This document shows, piece after piece, positions 39,001 to 51,400 of a stretch of 64,000 nt of DNA (the stretch's first letter is position 1; the number at the start of each line of letters is the position of its first letter). The notes beneath the pieces were generated by a model that did not search any database, was not told where the DNA came from, and worked only from the letters and a program-made list of their open reading frames with translations. A program made the position numbers and the translations under genes. The stretch is from Eledone cirrhosa (lineage: Eukaryota). The stretch spans positions 3,286,001-3,350,000 of the forward strand of contig OZ024744.1 of assembly GCA_964016885.1 (NCBI GenBank), given 5' to 3'.

Positions 39001-41320
39001 GAAAGATAGCTTGGTGAAGAACGAAGTTTTGGGAGAAGACAAGGTAGAGAAAGATATCTTGGTGAAGAACGAAGTTTTGACGGAAGACAAGGTAGAGAAA
39101 GATAGCTTGGTGAAGAATGACGTTTTGTGGGAAGACAAGGTAGAGAAAGATAGGTTGGTGAAGAACGAAGTTTTGTGTGAAGACAAGCTAGAGAAAGATA
39201 GCTTGGTGAAGAACGAAGTTTTGGGGGAAGACAAGGTAGAGAAAGATAGATTGGTGAAGAACGAAGTTTTGAGGGATGACAAGGTAGAGAAAGATGACTT
39301 GGTGAAGAACGAAGTTTTGGGGGAAGACAAGGTAGAGAAAGATAGCTTGGTGAAGAACGAAGTTTTGGGGGAAGACAAGGTAGAGTAAGATAGCTTGGTG
39401 AAGAACGAAGTTTTGGGGGAAGACAAGGTAGAGAAAGATAGCTTGGTGAAGAACGATGTTTTGGGGAAGACAATGTAGAGAAAGATAGCTTGGTGAAGAA
39501 CGAAGTTTTGAGGGAAGACAAGGTATAGAAAGATAGCTTGGTGAATAACGAAGTTTTGGGAGAAGACAAGGTCGAGAAAGATAGCTTGGTGAAGAACGAA
39601 GTTTTGAGGGAAAACAATGTAGAGAAAGATAACTTGGTGAAGAACGAAGTTTTGGGGGAAGACAAGGTAGAGAAAGATAGCTTGGTGAAGAACGAAGTTT
39701 TGGGGGAAGACAAGGTAGAGAAAGATAGCTTGGTGAAGGACGAAGTTTTGAGGGAAGACAAGGTAGAGAAAGATAGCTTGGTGAAGAACGACGTTTTGTG
39801 GGAAGACAAGGTAGAGAAAGATAGCTTGGTGAAGAACGAAGTTTTGTGGGAAGACAAGGTAGAGGAAGATAGCTTGGTGAAGAACGAAGTTTTGGGGGAA
39901 GACAAGGTAGAGAAAGATAGCTTGGTGAAAAACGAAGTTTTGGGGGAAGACAAGGTAGAGAAAGATAGCTTGGTGAACAACGAAGTTTTGGGGGAAGACA
40001 AGGTAGAGAAGATAGCTTGGTGAAGAACGAAGTTTTGGGGAAGACAATGTAGAGAAAGATATATTGGTGAAGAACGAAGTTTTGGGGGAAGACAAGGTAG
40101 AGAAAGATAGCTTGGTGAATAACGAAGTTTTGGGAGAAGACAAGGTAGAGAAAGATAGCTTGGTGAAGAACGACGTTTTGAGGGAAGACAAGGTAGAGAA
40201 AGATAGCTTGGTGAAGAACGAAGTTTTGGGGAAGACAATGTAGAGAAAGATAGCTTGGTGAAGAACGAAGTTTTGGGGGAAGACAAGGTAGAGAAAGATA
40301 GCTTGGTGAAGAACGAAGTTTTGGGGGGAAGACAAGGTAGAGAAAGATAGCTTGGTGAAGAACGACGTTTTGAGGGAAGACAAGGTAGAGAAAGATAGCT
40401 TGGTGAAGAACGAAGTTATGGGGAAGACAATGTAGAGAAAGATAGCTTGGTGAAGAACGAAGTTTTGGGGGAAGACAAGGTAGAGAAAGATAGCTTGGTG
40501 AAGAACGATGTTTTGGGGAAGACAATGTAGAGAAAGATAGCTTGGTGAAGAACGAAGTTTTGGGGGAAGACAAGGTAGAGAACGATAGCTTGGTGAAGAA
40601 CGAAGTTTTGAGGGAAGACAAGGTATAGAAAGATAGCTTGGTGAATAACGAAGTTTTGGGAGAAGACAAGGTCGAGAAAGATAGCTTGGTGAAGAACGAA
40701 GTTTTGAGGGAAGACAAGATATAGAAAGATAGCTTGGTGAATAACGAAGTTTTGGGGAAGACAATGTAGAGAAAGATAGCTTGGTGAAGAACGAAGTTTT
40801 GGGGGAAGACAAGGTAGAGAAAGATAGCTTGGTGAAGAACGAAGTTTTGAGGGAAGACAAGGTATAGAAAGATAGCTTGGTGAATAACGAAGTTTTGGGA
40901 GAAGACAAGGTCGAGAAAGATAGCTTGGTGAAGAACGAAGTTTTGAGGGAAGACAATGTAGAGAAAGATAGCTTGGTGAAGAACGAAGTTTTGGGGGAAG
41001 ACAAGGTAGAGAAAGATAGCTTGGTGAAGAACGAAGTTTTGGGGGAAGACAAGGTAGAGAAAGACAGCTTGGTGAAGAACGAAGTTTTGAGGGAAGACAA
41101 GGTAGAGAAAGATAGCTTGGTGAAGAACGACGTTTTGTGGGAAGACAAGGTAGAGAAAGATAGCTTGGTGAAGAACGAAGTTTTGTGGGAAGACAAGGTA
41201 GAGAAAGATAGCTTGGTGAAGAACGAAGTTTTGGGGGAAGACAAGGTAGAGAAAGATAGCTTGGTGAAGAACGAAGTTTTGGGGGAAGACAAGGTAGAGA
41301 AAGATAGCTTGGTGAACAAC
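33020..41320 (+). repeat. Higher-order tandem repeat, period 3494 bp (73 monomers), ~2.4 copies
   Basis: The private variant GAGAACGAT has its C at 33595, 37089 and 40583. The deletion variant GATAATTGG occurs at ~34650 and ~38144. ORF starts are 33889/37383/40877 and 35325/38819. Confidence 0.9.
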
Positions 41321-43150
41321 GAAGTTTTGGGGGAAGACAAGGTAGAGAAAGATAGCTTGGTGAAGAACGAAGTTTTGGGGAAGACAATGTAGAGAAAGAT
41401 ATATTGGTGAAGAACGAAGTTTTGGGGGAAGACAAGGTAGAGAAAGATAGCTTGGTGAAGAACGAAGTTTTGAGGGAAGACAAGGTAGAGAAAGATAGCT
41501 TGGTGAATAACGAAGTTTTGGGAGAAGACAAGGTAGAGAAAGATAGCTTGGTGAAGAACGACGTTTTGAGGGAAGACAAGGTAGAGAAAGATAGCTTGGT
41601 GAAGAACGAAGTTTTGGGGAAGACAATGTAGAGAAAGATAGCTTGGTGAAGAACGAAGTTTTGGGGGAAGACAAGGTAGAGAAAGATAGCTTGGTGAAGA
41701 ACGAAGTTTTGGGGGGAAGACAAGGTAGAGAAAGATAGCTTGGTGAAGAACGACGTTTTGAGGGAAGACAAGGTAGAGAAAGATAGCTTGGTGAAGAACG
41801 AAGTTATGGGGAAGACAATGTAGAGAAAGATAGCTTGGTGAAGAACGAAGTTTTGGGGGAAGACAAGGTAGAGAAAGATAGCTTGGTGAAGAACGATGTT
41901 TTGGGGAAGACAATGTAGAGAAAGATAGCTTGGTGAAGAACGAAGTTTTGGGGGAAGACAAGGTAGAGAAAGATAGCTTGGTGAAGAACGAAGTTTTGAG
42001 GGAAGACAAGGTATAGAAAGATAGCTTGGTGAATAACGAAGTTTTGGGAGAAGACAAGGTCGAGAAAGATAGCTTGGTGAAGAACGAAGTTTTGAGGGAA
42101 GACAAGGTATAGAAAGATAGCTTGGTGAATAACGAAGTTTTGGGGAAGACAATGTAGAGAAAGATAGCTTGGTGAAGAACGAAGTTTTGGGGGAAGACAA
42201 GGTAGAGAAAGATAGCTTGGTGAAGAACGAAGTTTTGAGGGAAGACAAGGTATAGAAAGATAGCTTGGTGAATAACGAAGTTTTGGGAGAAGACAAGGTC
42301 GAGAAAGATAGCTTGGTGAAGAACGAAGTTTTGAGGGAAGACAATGTAGAGAAAGATAGCTTGGTGAAGAACGAAGTTTTGGGGGAAGACAAGGTAGAGA
42401 AAGATAGCTTGGTGAAGAACGAAGTTTTGGGGGAAGACAAGGTAGAGAAAGACAGCTTGGTGAAGAACGAAGTTTTGAGGGAAGACAAGGTAGAGAAAGA
42501 TAGCTTGGTGAAGAACGACGTTTTGTGGGAAGACAAGGTAGAGAAAGATAGCTTGGTGAAGAACGAAGTTTTGTGGGAAGACAAGGTAGAGAAAGATAGC
42601 TTGGTGAAGAACGAAGTTTTGGGGGAAGACAAGGTAGAGAAAGATAGCTTGGTGAAGAACGAAGTTTTGGGGGAAGACAAGGTAGAGAAAGATAGCTTGG
42701 TGAAGAACGAAGTTTTGGGGAAGACAATGTAGAGAAAGATATATTGGTGAAGAACGAAGTTTTGGGGGAAGACAAGGTAGAGAAAGATAGCTTGGTGAAG
42801 AACGAAGTTTTGAGGGAAGACAAGGTAGAGAAAGATAGCTTGGTGAATAACGAAGTTTTGGGAGAAGACAAGGTAGAGAAAGATAGCGTGGTGAAGAACG
42901 ACGTTTTGAGGGAAGACAAGGTAGAGAAAGATAGCTTGGTGAAGAACGAAGTTTTGGGGAAGACAATGTAGAGAAAGATAGCTTGGTGAAGAACGAAGTT
43001 TTGGGGGAAGACAAGGTAGAGAAAGATAGCTTGGTGAAGAACGAAGTTTTGGGGGGAAGACAAGGTAGAGAAAGATAGCTTGGTGAAGAACGACGTTTTG
43101 AGGGAAGACAAGGTAGAGAAAGATAGTTTGGTGAAGAACGAAGTTATGGG
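40416..43150 (+). repeat. Imperfect tandem duplication at offset 1388 bp (29 monomers)
   Basis: GTTATG occurs at 40416 and 41804, and ORF starts are 40877/42265. The second copy lacks one monomer. Confidence 0.7.
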
Positions 43151-46100
43151 GAAGACAATGTAGAGAAAGATAGCTTGGTGAAGAACGAAGTTTTGGGGGA
43201 AGACAAGGTAGAGAAAGATAGCTTGGTGAAGAACGAAGTTCTGAGGGAAGACAAGGTAGAGAAAGATAGCTTGGTGAAGAACGAAGTTTTGGGAGAAGAC
43301 AAGGTAGAGAAAGATATCTTGGTGAAGAACGAAGTTTTGACGGAAGACAAGGTAGAGAAAGATAGCTTGGTGAAGAATGACGTTTTGTGGGAAGACAAGG
43401 TAGAGAAAGATAGGTTGGTGAAGAACGAAGTTTTGTGTGAAGACAAGCTAGAGAAAGATAGCTTGGTGAAGAACGAAGTTTTGGGGGAAGACAAGGTAGA
43501 GAAAGATAGATTGGTGAAGAACGAAGTTTTGAGGGATGACAAGGTAGAGAAAGATGACTTGGTGAAGAACGAAGTTTTGGGGGAAGACAAGGTAGAGAAA
43601 GATAGCTTGGTGAAGAACGAAGTTTTGGGGGAAGACAAGGTAGAGTAAGATAGCTTGGTGAAGAACGAAGTTTTGGGGGAAGACAAGGTAGAGAAAGATA
43701 GCTTGGTGAAGAACGATGTTTTGGGGAAGACAATGTAGAGAAAGATAGCTTGGTGAAGAACGAAGTTTTGAGGGAAGACAAGGTATAGAAAGATAGCTTG
43801 GTGAATAACGAAGTTTTGGGAGAAGACAAGGTCGAGAAAGATAGCTTGGTGAAGAACGAAGTTTTGAGGGAAAACAATGTAGGGAAAGATAGCTTGGTGA
43901 AGAACGAAGTTTTGGGGGAAGACAAGGTAGAGAAAGATAGCTTGGTGAAGAACGAAGTTTTGGGGGAAGACAAGGTAGAGAAAGATAGCTTGGTGAAGGA
44001 CGAAGTTTTGAGGGAAGACAAGGTAGAGAAAGATAGCTTGGTGAAGAACGACGTTTTGTGGGAAGACAAGGTAGAGAAAGATAGCTTGGTGAAGAACGAA
44101 GTTTTGTGGGAAGACAAGGTAGAGAAAGATAGCTTGGTGAAGAACGAAGTTTTGGGGGAAGACAAGGTAGAGAAAGATAGCTTGGTGAAAAACGAAGTTT
44201 TGGGGGAAGACAAGGTAGAGAAAGATAGCTTGGTGAACAACGAAGTTTTGGGGGAAGACAAGGTAGAGAAAGATAGCTTGGTGAAGAACGAAGTTTTGGG
44301 GAAGACAATGTAGAGAAAGATATATTGGTGAAGAACGAAGTTTTGGGGGAAGACAAGGTAGAGAAAGATAGCTTGGTGAAGAACGAAGTTTTGAGGGAAG
44401 ACAAGGTAGAGAAAGATAGCTTGGTGAATAACGAAGTTTTGGGAGAAGACAAGGTAGAGAAAGATAGCTTGGTGAAGAACGACGTTTTGAGGGAAGACAA
44501 GGTAGAGAAAGATAGCTTGGTGAAGAACGAAGTTTTGGGGAAGACAATGTAGAGAAAGATAGCTTGGTGAAGAACGAAGTTTTGGGGGAAGACAAGGTAG
44601 AGAAAGATAGCTTGGTGAAGAACGAAGTTTTGGGGGGAAGACAAGGTAGAGAAAGATAGCTTGGTGTAGAACGACGTTTTGAGGGAAGACAAGGTAGAGA
44701 AAGATAGCTTGGTGAAGAACGAAGTTATGGGGAAGACAATGTAGAGAAAGATAGCTTGGTGAAGAACGAAGTTTTGGGGGAAGACAAGGTAGAGAAAGAT
44801 AGCTTGGTGAAGAACGATGTTTTGGGGAAGACAATGTAGAGAAAGATAGCTTGGGGAAGAAGGAAGTTTTGGGGGAAGACAAGGTAGAGAAAGATAGCTT
44901 GGTGAAGAACGAAGTTTTGAGGGAAGACAAGGTATAGAAAGATAGCTTGGTGAATAACGAAGTTTTGGGAGAAGACAAGGTCGAGAAAGATAGCTTGGTG
45001 AAGAACGAAGTTTTGAGGGAAGACAATGTAGAGAAAGATAGCTTGGTGAAGAACGAAGTTTTGGGGGAAGACAAGGTAGAGTAAGATAGCTTGGTGAAGA
45101 ACGAAGTTTTGGGGGAAGACAAGGTAGAGAAAGATAGCTTGGTGAAGAACGATGTTTTGGGGAAGACAATGTAGAGAAAGATAGCTTGGTGAAGAACGAA
45201 GTTTTGAGGGAAGACAAGTTATAGAAAGATAGCTTGGTGAATAACGAAGTTTTGGGAGAAGACAAGGTCGAGAAAGATAGCTTGGTGAAGAACGAAGTTT
45301 TGAGGGAAAACAATGTAGAGAAAGATAGCTTGGTGAAGAACGAAGTTTTGGGGGAAGACAAGGTAGAGAAAGATAGCTTGGTGAAGAACGAAGTTTTGGG
45401 GGAAGACAAGGTAGAGAAAGATAGCTTGGTGAAGGACGAAGTTTTGAGGGAAGACAAGGTAGAGAAAGATAGCTTGGTGAAGAACGACGTTTTGTGGGAA
45501 GACAAGGTAGAGAAAGATAGCTTGGTGAAGAACGAAGTTTTGTGGGAAGACAAGGTAGAGAAAGATAGCTTGGTGAAGAACGAAGTTTTGAGGGAAGACA
45601 AGGTATAGAAAGATAGCTTGGTGAATAACGAAGTTTTGGGAGAAGACAAGGTCGAGAAAGATAGCTTGGTGAAGAACGAAGTTTTGAGGGAAGACAAGGT
45701 ATAGAAAGATAGCTTGGTGAATAACGAAGTTTTGGGGAAGACAATGTAGAGAAAGATAGCTTGGTGAAGAACGAAGTTTTGGGGGAAGACAAGGTAGAGA
45801 AAGATAGCTTGGTGAAGAACGAAGTTTTGAGGGAAGACAAGGTATAGAAAGATAGCTTGGTGAATAACGAAGTTTTGGGAGAAGACAAGGTCGAGAAAGA
45901 TAGCTTGGTGAAGAACGAAGTTTTGAGGGAAGACAATGTAGAGAAAGATAGCTTGGTGAAGAACGAAGTTTTGGGGGAAGACAAGGTAGAGAAAGATAGC
46001 TTGGTGAAGAACGAAGTTTTGGGGGAAGACAAGGTAGAGAAAGACAGCTTGGTGAAGAACGAAGTTTTGAGGGAAGACAAGGTAGAGAAAGATAGCTTGG

Positions 46101-48439
46101 TGAAGAACGACGTTTTGTGGGAAGACAAGGTAGAGAAAGATAGCTTGGTGAAGAACGAAGTTTTGTGGGAAGACAAGGTAGAGAAAGATAGCTTGGTGAA
46201 GAACGAAGTTTTGGGGGAAGACAAGGTAGAGAAAGATAGCTTGGTGAAGAACGAAGTTTTGGGGGAAGACAAGGTAGAGAAAGATAGCTTGGTGAAGAAC
46301 GAAGTTTTGGGGAAGACAATGTAGAGAAAGATATATTGGTGAAGAACGAAGTTTTGGGGGAAGACAAGGTAGAGAAAGATAGCTTGGTGAAGAACGAAGT
46401 TTTGAGGGAAGACAAGGTAGAGAAAGATAGCTTGGTGAATAACGAAGTTTTGGGAGAAGACAAGGTAGAGAAAGATAGCGTGGTGAAGAACGACGTTTTG
46501 AGGGAAGACAAGGTAGAGAAAGATAGCTTGGTGAAGAACGAAGTTTTGGGGGAAGACAAGGTAGAGAAAGATAGCTTGGTGAAGAACGAAGTTTTGGGGA
46601 AGACAATGTAGAGAAAGATAGCTTGGTGAAGAACGAAGTTTTGGGGGAAGACAAGGTAGAGAAAGATAGCTTGGTGAAGAACGAAGTTTTGGGGGGAAGA
46701 CAAGGTAGAGAAAGATAGCTTGGTGAAGAACGACGTTTTGAGGGAAGACAAGGTAGAGAAAGATAGCTTGGTGAAGAACGAAGTTATGGGGAAGACAATG
46801 TAGAGAAAGATAGCTTGGTGAAGAACGAAGTTTTGGGGGAAGACAAGGTAGAGAAAGATAGCTTGGTGAAGAACGAAGTTCTGAGGGAAGACAAGGTAGA
46901 GAAAGATAGCTTGGTGAAGAACGAAGTTTTGGGAGAAGACAAGGTAGAGAAAGATATCTTGGTGAAGAACGAAGTTTTGACGGAAGACAAGGTAGAGAAA
47001 GATAGCTTGGTGAAGAATGACGTTTTGTGGGAAGACAAGGTAGAGAAAGATAGGTTGGTGAAGAACGAAGTTTTGTGTGAAGACAAGCTAGAGAAAGATA
47101 GCTTGGTGAAGAACGAAGTTTTGGGGGAAGACAAGGTAGAGAAAGATAGATTGGTGAAGAACGAAGTTTTGAGGGATGACAAGGTAGAGAAAGATGACTT
47201 GGTGAAGAACGAAGTTTTGGGGGAAGACAAGGTAGAGAAAGATAGCTTGGTGAAGAACGAAGTTTTGGGGGAAGACAAGGTAGAGTAAGATAGCTTGGTG
47301 AAGAACGAAGTTTTGGGGGAAGACAAGGTAGAGAAAGATAGCTTGGTGAAGAACGATGTTTTGGGGAAGACAATGTAGAGAAAGATAGCTTGGTGAAGAA
47401 CGAAGTTTTGAGGGAAGACAAGGTATAGAAAGATAGCTTGGTGAATAACGAAGTTTTGGGAGAAGACAAGGTCGAGAAAGATAGCTTGGTGAAGAACGAA
47501 GTTTTGAGGGAAAACAATGTAGAGAAAGATAGCTTGGTGAAGAACGAAGTTTTGGGGGAAGACAAGGTAGAGAAAGATAGCTTGGTGAAGAACGAAGTTT
47601 TGGGGGAAGACAAGGTAGAGAAAGATAGCTTGGTGAAGGACGAGGTTTTGAGGGAAGACAAGGTAGAGAAAGATAGCTTGGTGAAGAACGACGTTTTGTG
47701 GGAAGACAAGGTAGAGAAAGATAGCTTGGTGAAGAACGAAGTTTTGTGGGAAGACAAGGTAGAGAAAGATAGCTTGGTGAAGAACGAAGTTTTGGGGGAA
47801 GACAAGGTAGAGAAAGATAGCTTGGTGAAAAACGAAGTTTTGGGGGAAGACAAGGTAGAGAAAGATAGCTTGGTGAACAACGAAGTTTTGGGGGAAGACA
47901 AGGTAGAGAAAGATAGCTTGGTGAAGAACGAAGTTTTGGGGAAGACAATGTAGAGAAAGATATATTGGTGAAGAACGAAGTTTTGGGGGAAGACAAGGTA
48001 GAGAAAGATAGTTTGGTGAAGAACGAAGTTTTGAGGGAAGACAAGGTAGAGAAAGATAGCTTGGTGAATAACGAAGTTTTGGGAGAAGACAAGGTAGAGA
48101 AAGATAGCTTGGTGAAGAACGACGTTTTGAGGGAAGACAAGGTAGAGAAAGATAGCTTGGTGAAGAACGAAGTTTTGGGGAAGACAATGTAGAGAAAGAT
48201 AGCTTGGTGAAGAACGAAGTTTTGGGGGAAGACAAGGTAGAGAAAGATAGCTTGGTGAAGAACGAAGTTTTGGGGGGAAGACAAGGTAGAGAAAGATAGC
48301 TTGGTGTAGAACGACGTTTTGAGGGAAGACAAGGTAGAGAAAGATAGCTTGGTGAAGAACGAAGTTATGGGGAAGACAATGTAGAGAAAGATAGCTTGGT
48401 GAAGAACGAAGTTTTGGGGGAAGACAAGGTAGAGAAAGA

Positions 48440-51400
48440 TAGCTTGGTGAAGAACGATGTTTTGGGGAAGACAATGTAGAGAAAGATAGCTTGGTGAAGA
48501 ACGAAGTTTTGGGGGAAGACAAGGTAGAGAAAGATAGCTTGGTGAAGAACGAAGTTTTGAGGGAAGACAAGGTATAGAAAGATAGCTTGGTGAATAACGA
48601 AGTTTTGGGAGAAGACAAGGTCGAGAAAGATAGCTTGGTGAAGAACGAAGTTTTGAGGGAAGACAATGTAGAGAAAGATAGCTTGGTGAAGAACGAAGTT
48701 TTGGGGGAAGACAAGGTAGAGTAAGATAGCTTGGTGAAGAACGAAGTTTTGGGGGAAGACAAGGTAGAGAAAGATAGCTTGGTGAAGAACGATGTTTTGG
48801 GGAAGACAATGTAGAGAAAGATAGCTTGGTGAAGAACGAAGTTTTGAGGGAAGACAAGGTATAGAAAGATAGCTTGGTGAATAACGAAGTTTTGGGAGAA
48901 GACAAGGTCGAGAAAGATAGCTTGGTGAAGAACGAAGTTTTGAGGGAAAACAATGTAGAGAAAGATAGCTTGGTGAAGAACGAAGTTTTGGGGGAAGACA
49001 AGGTAGAGAAAGATAGCTTGGTGAAGAACGAAGTTTTGGGGGAAGACAAGGTAGAGAAAGATAGCTTGGTGAAGGACGAAGTTTTGAGGGAAGACAAGGT
49101 AGAGAAAGATAGCTTGGTGAAGAACGACGTTTTGTGGGAAGACAAGGTAGAGAAAGATAGCTTGGTGAAGAACGAAGTTTTGTGGGAAGACAAGGTAGAG
49201 AAAGATAGCTTGGTGAAGAACGAAGTTTTGGGGGAAGACAATGTAGAGAAAGATAGCTTGGTGAAGAACGAAGTTTTGGGGGAAGACAAGGTAGAGAAAG
49301 ATAGCTTGGTGAAGAACGAAGTTTTGGGGGAAGACAAGGTAGAGAAAGACAGCTTGGTGAAGAACGAAGTTTTGAGGGAAGACAAGGTAGAGAAAGATAG
49401 CTTGGTGAAGAACGACGTTTTGTGGGAAGACAAGGTAGAGAAAGATAGCTTGGTGAAGAACGAAGTTTTGTGGGAAGACAAGGTAGAGAAAGATAGCTTG
49501 GTGAAGAACGAAGTTTTGGGGGAAGACAAGGTAGAGAAAGATAGCTTGGTGAAGAACGAAGTTTTGGGGGAAGACAAGGTAGAGAAAGATAGCTTGGTGA
49601 AGAACGAAGTTTTGGGGAAGACAATGTAGAGAAAGATATATTGGTGAAGAACGAAGTTTTGGGGGAAGACAAGGTAGAGAAAGATAGCTTGGTGAAGAAC
49701 GAAGTTTTGAGGGAAGACAAGGTAGAGAAAGATAGCTTGGTGAATAACGAAGTTTTGGGAGAAGACAAGGTAGAGAAAGATAGCGTGGTGAAGAACGACG
49801 TTTTGAGGGAAGACAAGGTAGAGAAAGATAGCTTGGTGAAGAACGAAGTTTTGGGGGAAGACAAGGTAGAGAAAGATAGCTTGGTGAAGAACGAAGTTTT
49901 GGGGAAGACAATGTAGAGAAAGATAGCTTGGTGAAGAACGAAGTTTTGGGGGAAGACAAGGTAGAGAAAGATAGCTTGGTGAAGAACGAAGTTTTGGGGG
50001 GAAGACAAGGTAGAGAAAGATAGCTTGGTGAAGAACGACGTTTTGAGGGAAGACAAGGTAGAGAAAGATAGTTTGGTGAAGAACGAAGTTATGGGGAAGA
50101 CAATGTAGAGAAAGATAGCTTGGTGAAGAACGAAGTTTTGGGGGAAGACAAGGTAGAGAAAGATAGCTTGGTGAAGAACGAAGTTCTGAGGGAAGACAAG
50201 GTAGAGAAAGATAGCTTGGTGAAGAACGAAGTTTTGGGAGAAGACAAGGTAGAGAAAGATATCTTGGTGAAGAACGAAGTTTTGACGGAAGACAAGGTAG
50301 AGAAAGATAGCTTGGTGAAGAATGACGTTTTGTGGGAAGACAAGGTAGAGAAAGATAGGTTGGTGAAGAACGAAGTTTTGTGTGAAGACAAGCTAGAGAA
50401 AGATAGCTTGGTGAAGAACGAAGTTTTGGGGGAAGACAAGGTAGAGAAAGATAGATTGGTGAAGAACGAAGTTTTGAGGGATGACAAGGTAGAGAAAGAT
50501 GACTTGGTGAAGAACGAAGTTTTGGGGGAAGACAAGGTAGAGAAAGATAGCTTGGTGAAGAACGAAGTTTTGGGGGAAGACAAGGTAGAGAAAGATAGCT
50601 TGGTGAAGAACGATGTTTTGGGGAAGACAATGTAGAGAAAGATAGCTTGGTGAAGAACGAAGTTTTGGGGGAAGACAAGGTAGAGAAAGATAGCTTGGTG
50701 AAGAACGAAGTTTTGAGGGAAGACAAGGTATAGAAAGATAGCTTGGTGAATAACGAAGTTTTGGGAGAAGACAAGGTCGAGAAAGATAGCTTGGTGAAGA
50801 ACGAAGTTTTGAGGGAAGACAATGTAGAGAAAGATAGCTTGGTGAAGAACGAAGTTTTGGGGGAAGACAAGGTAGAGTAAGATAGCTTGGTGAAGAACGA
50901 AGTTTTGGGGGAAGACAAGGTAGAGAAAGATAGCTTGGTGAAGAACGATGTTTTGGGGAAGACAATGTAGAGAAAGATAGCTTGGTGAAGAACGAAGTTT
51001 TGAGGGAAGACAAGGTATAGAAAGATAGCTTGGTGAATAACGAAGTTTTGGGAGAAGACAAGGTCGAGAAAGATAGCTTGGTGAAGAACGAAGTTTTGAG
51101 GGAAAACAATGTAGAGAAAGATAGCTTGGTGAAGAACGAAGTTTTGGGGGAAGACAAGGTAGAGAAAGATAGCTTGGTGAAGAACGAAGTTTTGGGGGAA
51201 GACAAGGTAGAGAAAGATAGCTTGGTGAAGGACGAAGTTTTGAGGGAAGACAAGGTAGAGAAAGATAGCTTGGTGAAGAACGACGTTTTGTGGGAAGACA
51301 AGGTAGAGAAAGATAGCTTGGTGAAGAACGAAGTTTTGTGGGAAGACAAGGTAGAGAAAGATAGCTTGGTGAAGAACGAAGTTTTGGGGGAAGACAATGT

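Noticed and set aside
44851-44870. Singleton variants (for example TTGGGGAAGAAGGAAG here, GAAGAGAAG at ~15655, AAAGTTAGC at ~18165, GATGGC at ~19607)
   Set aside because: Each is seen once and cannot be distinguished from a recent point mutation or a consensus error without reads.
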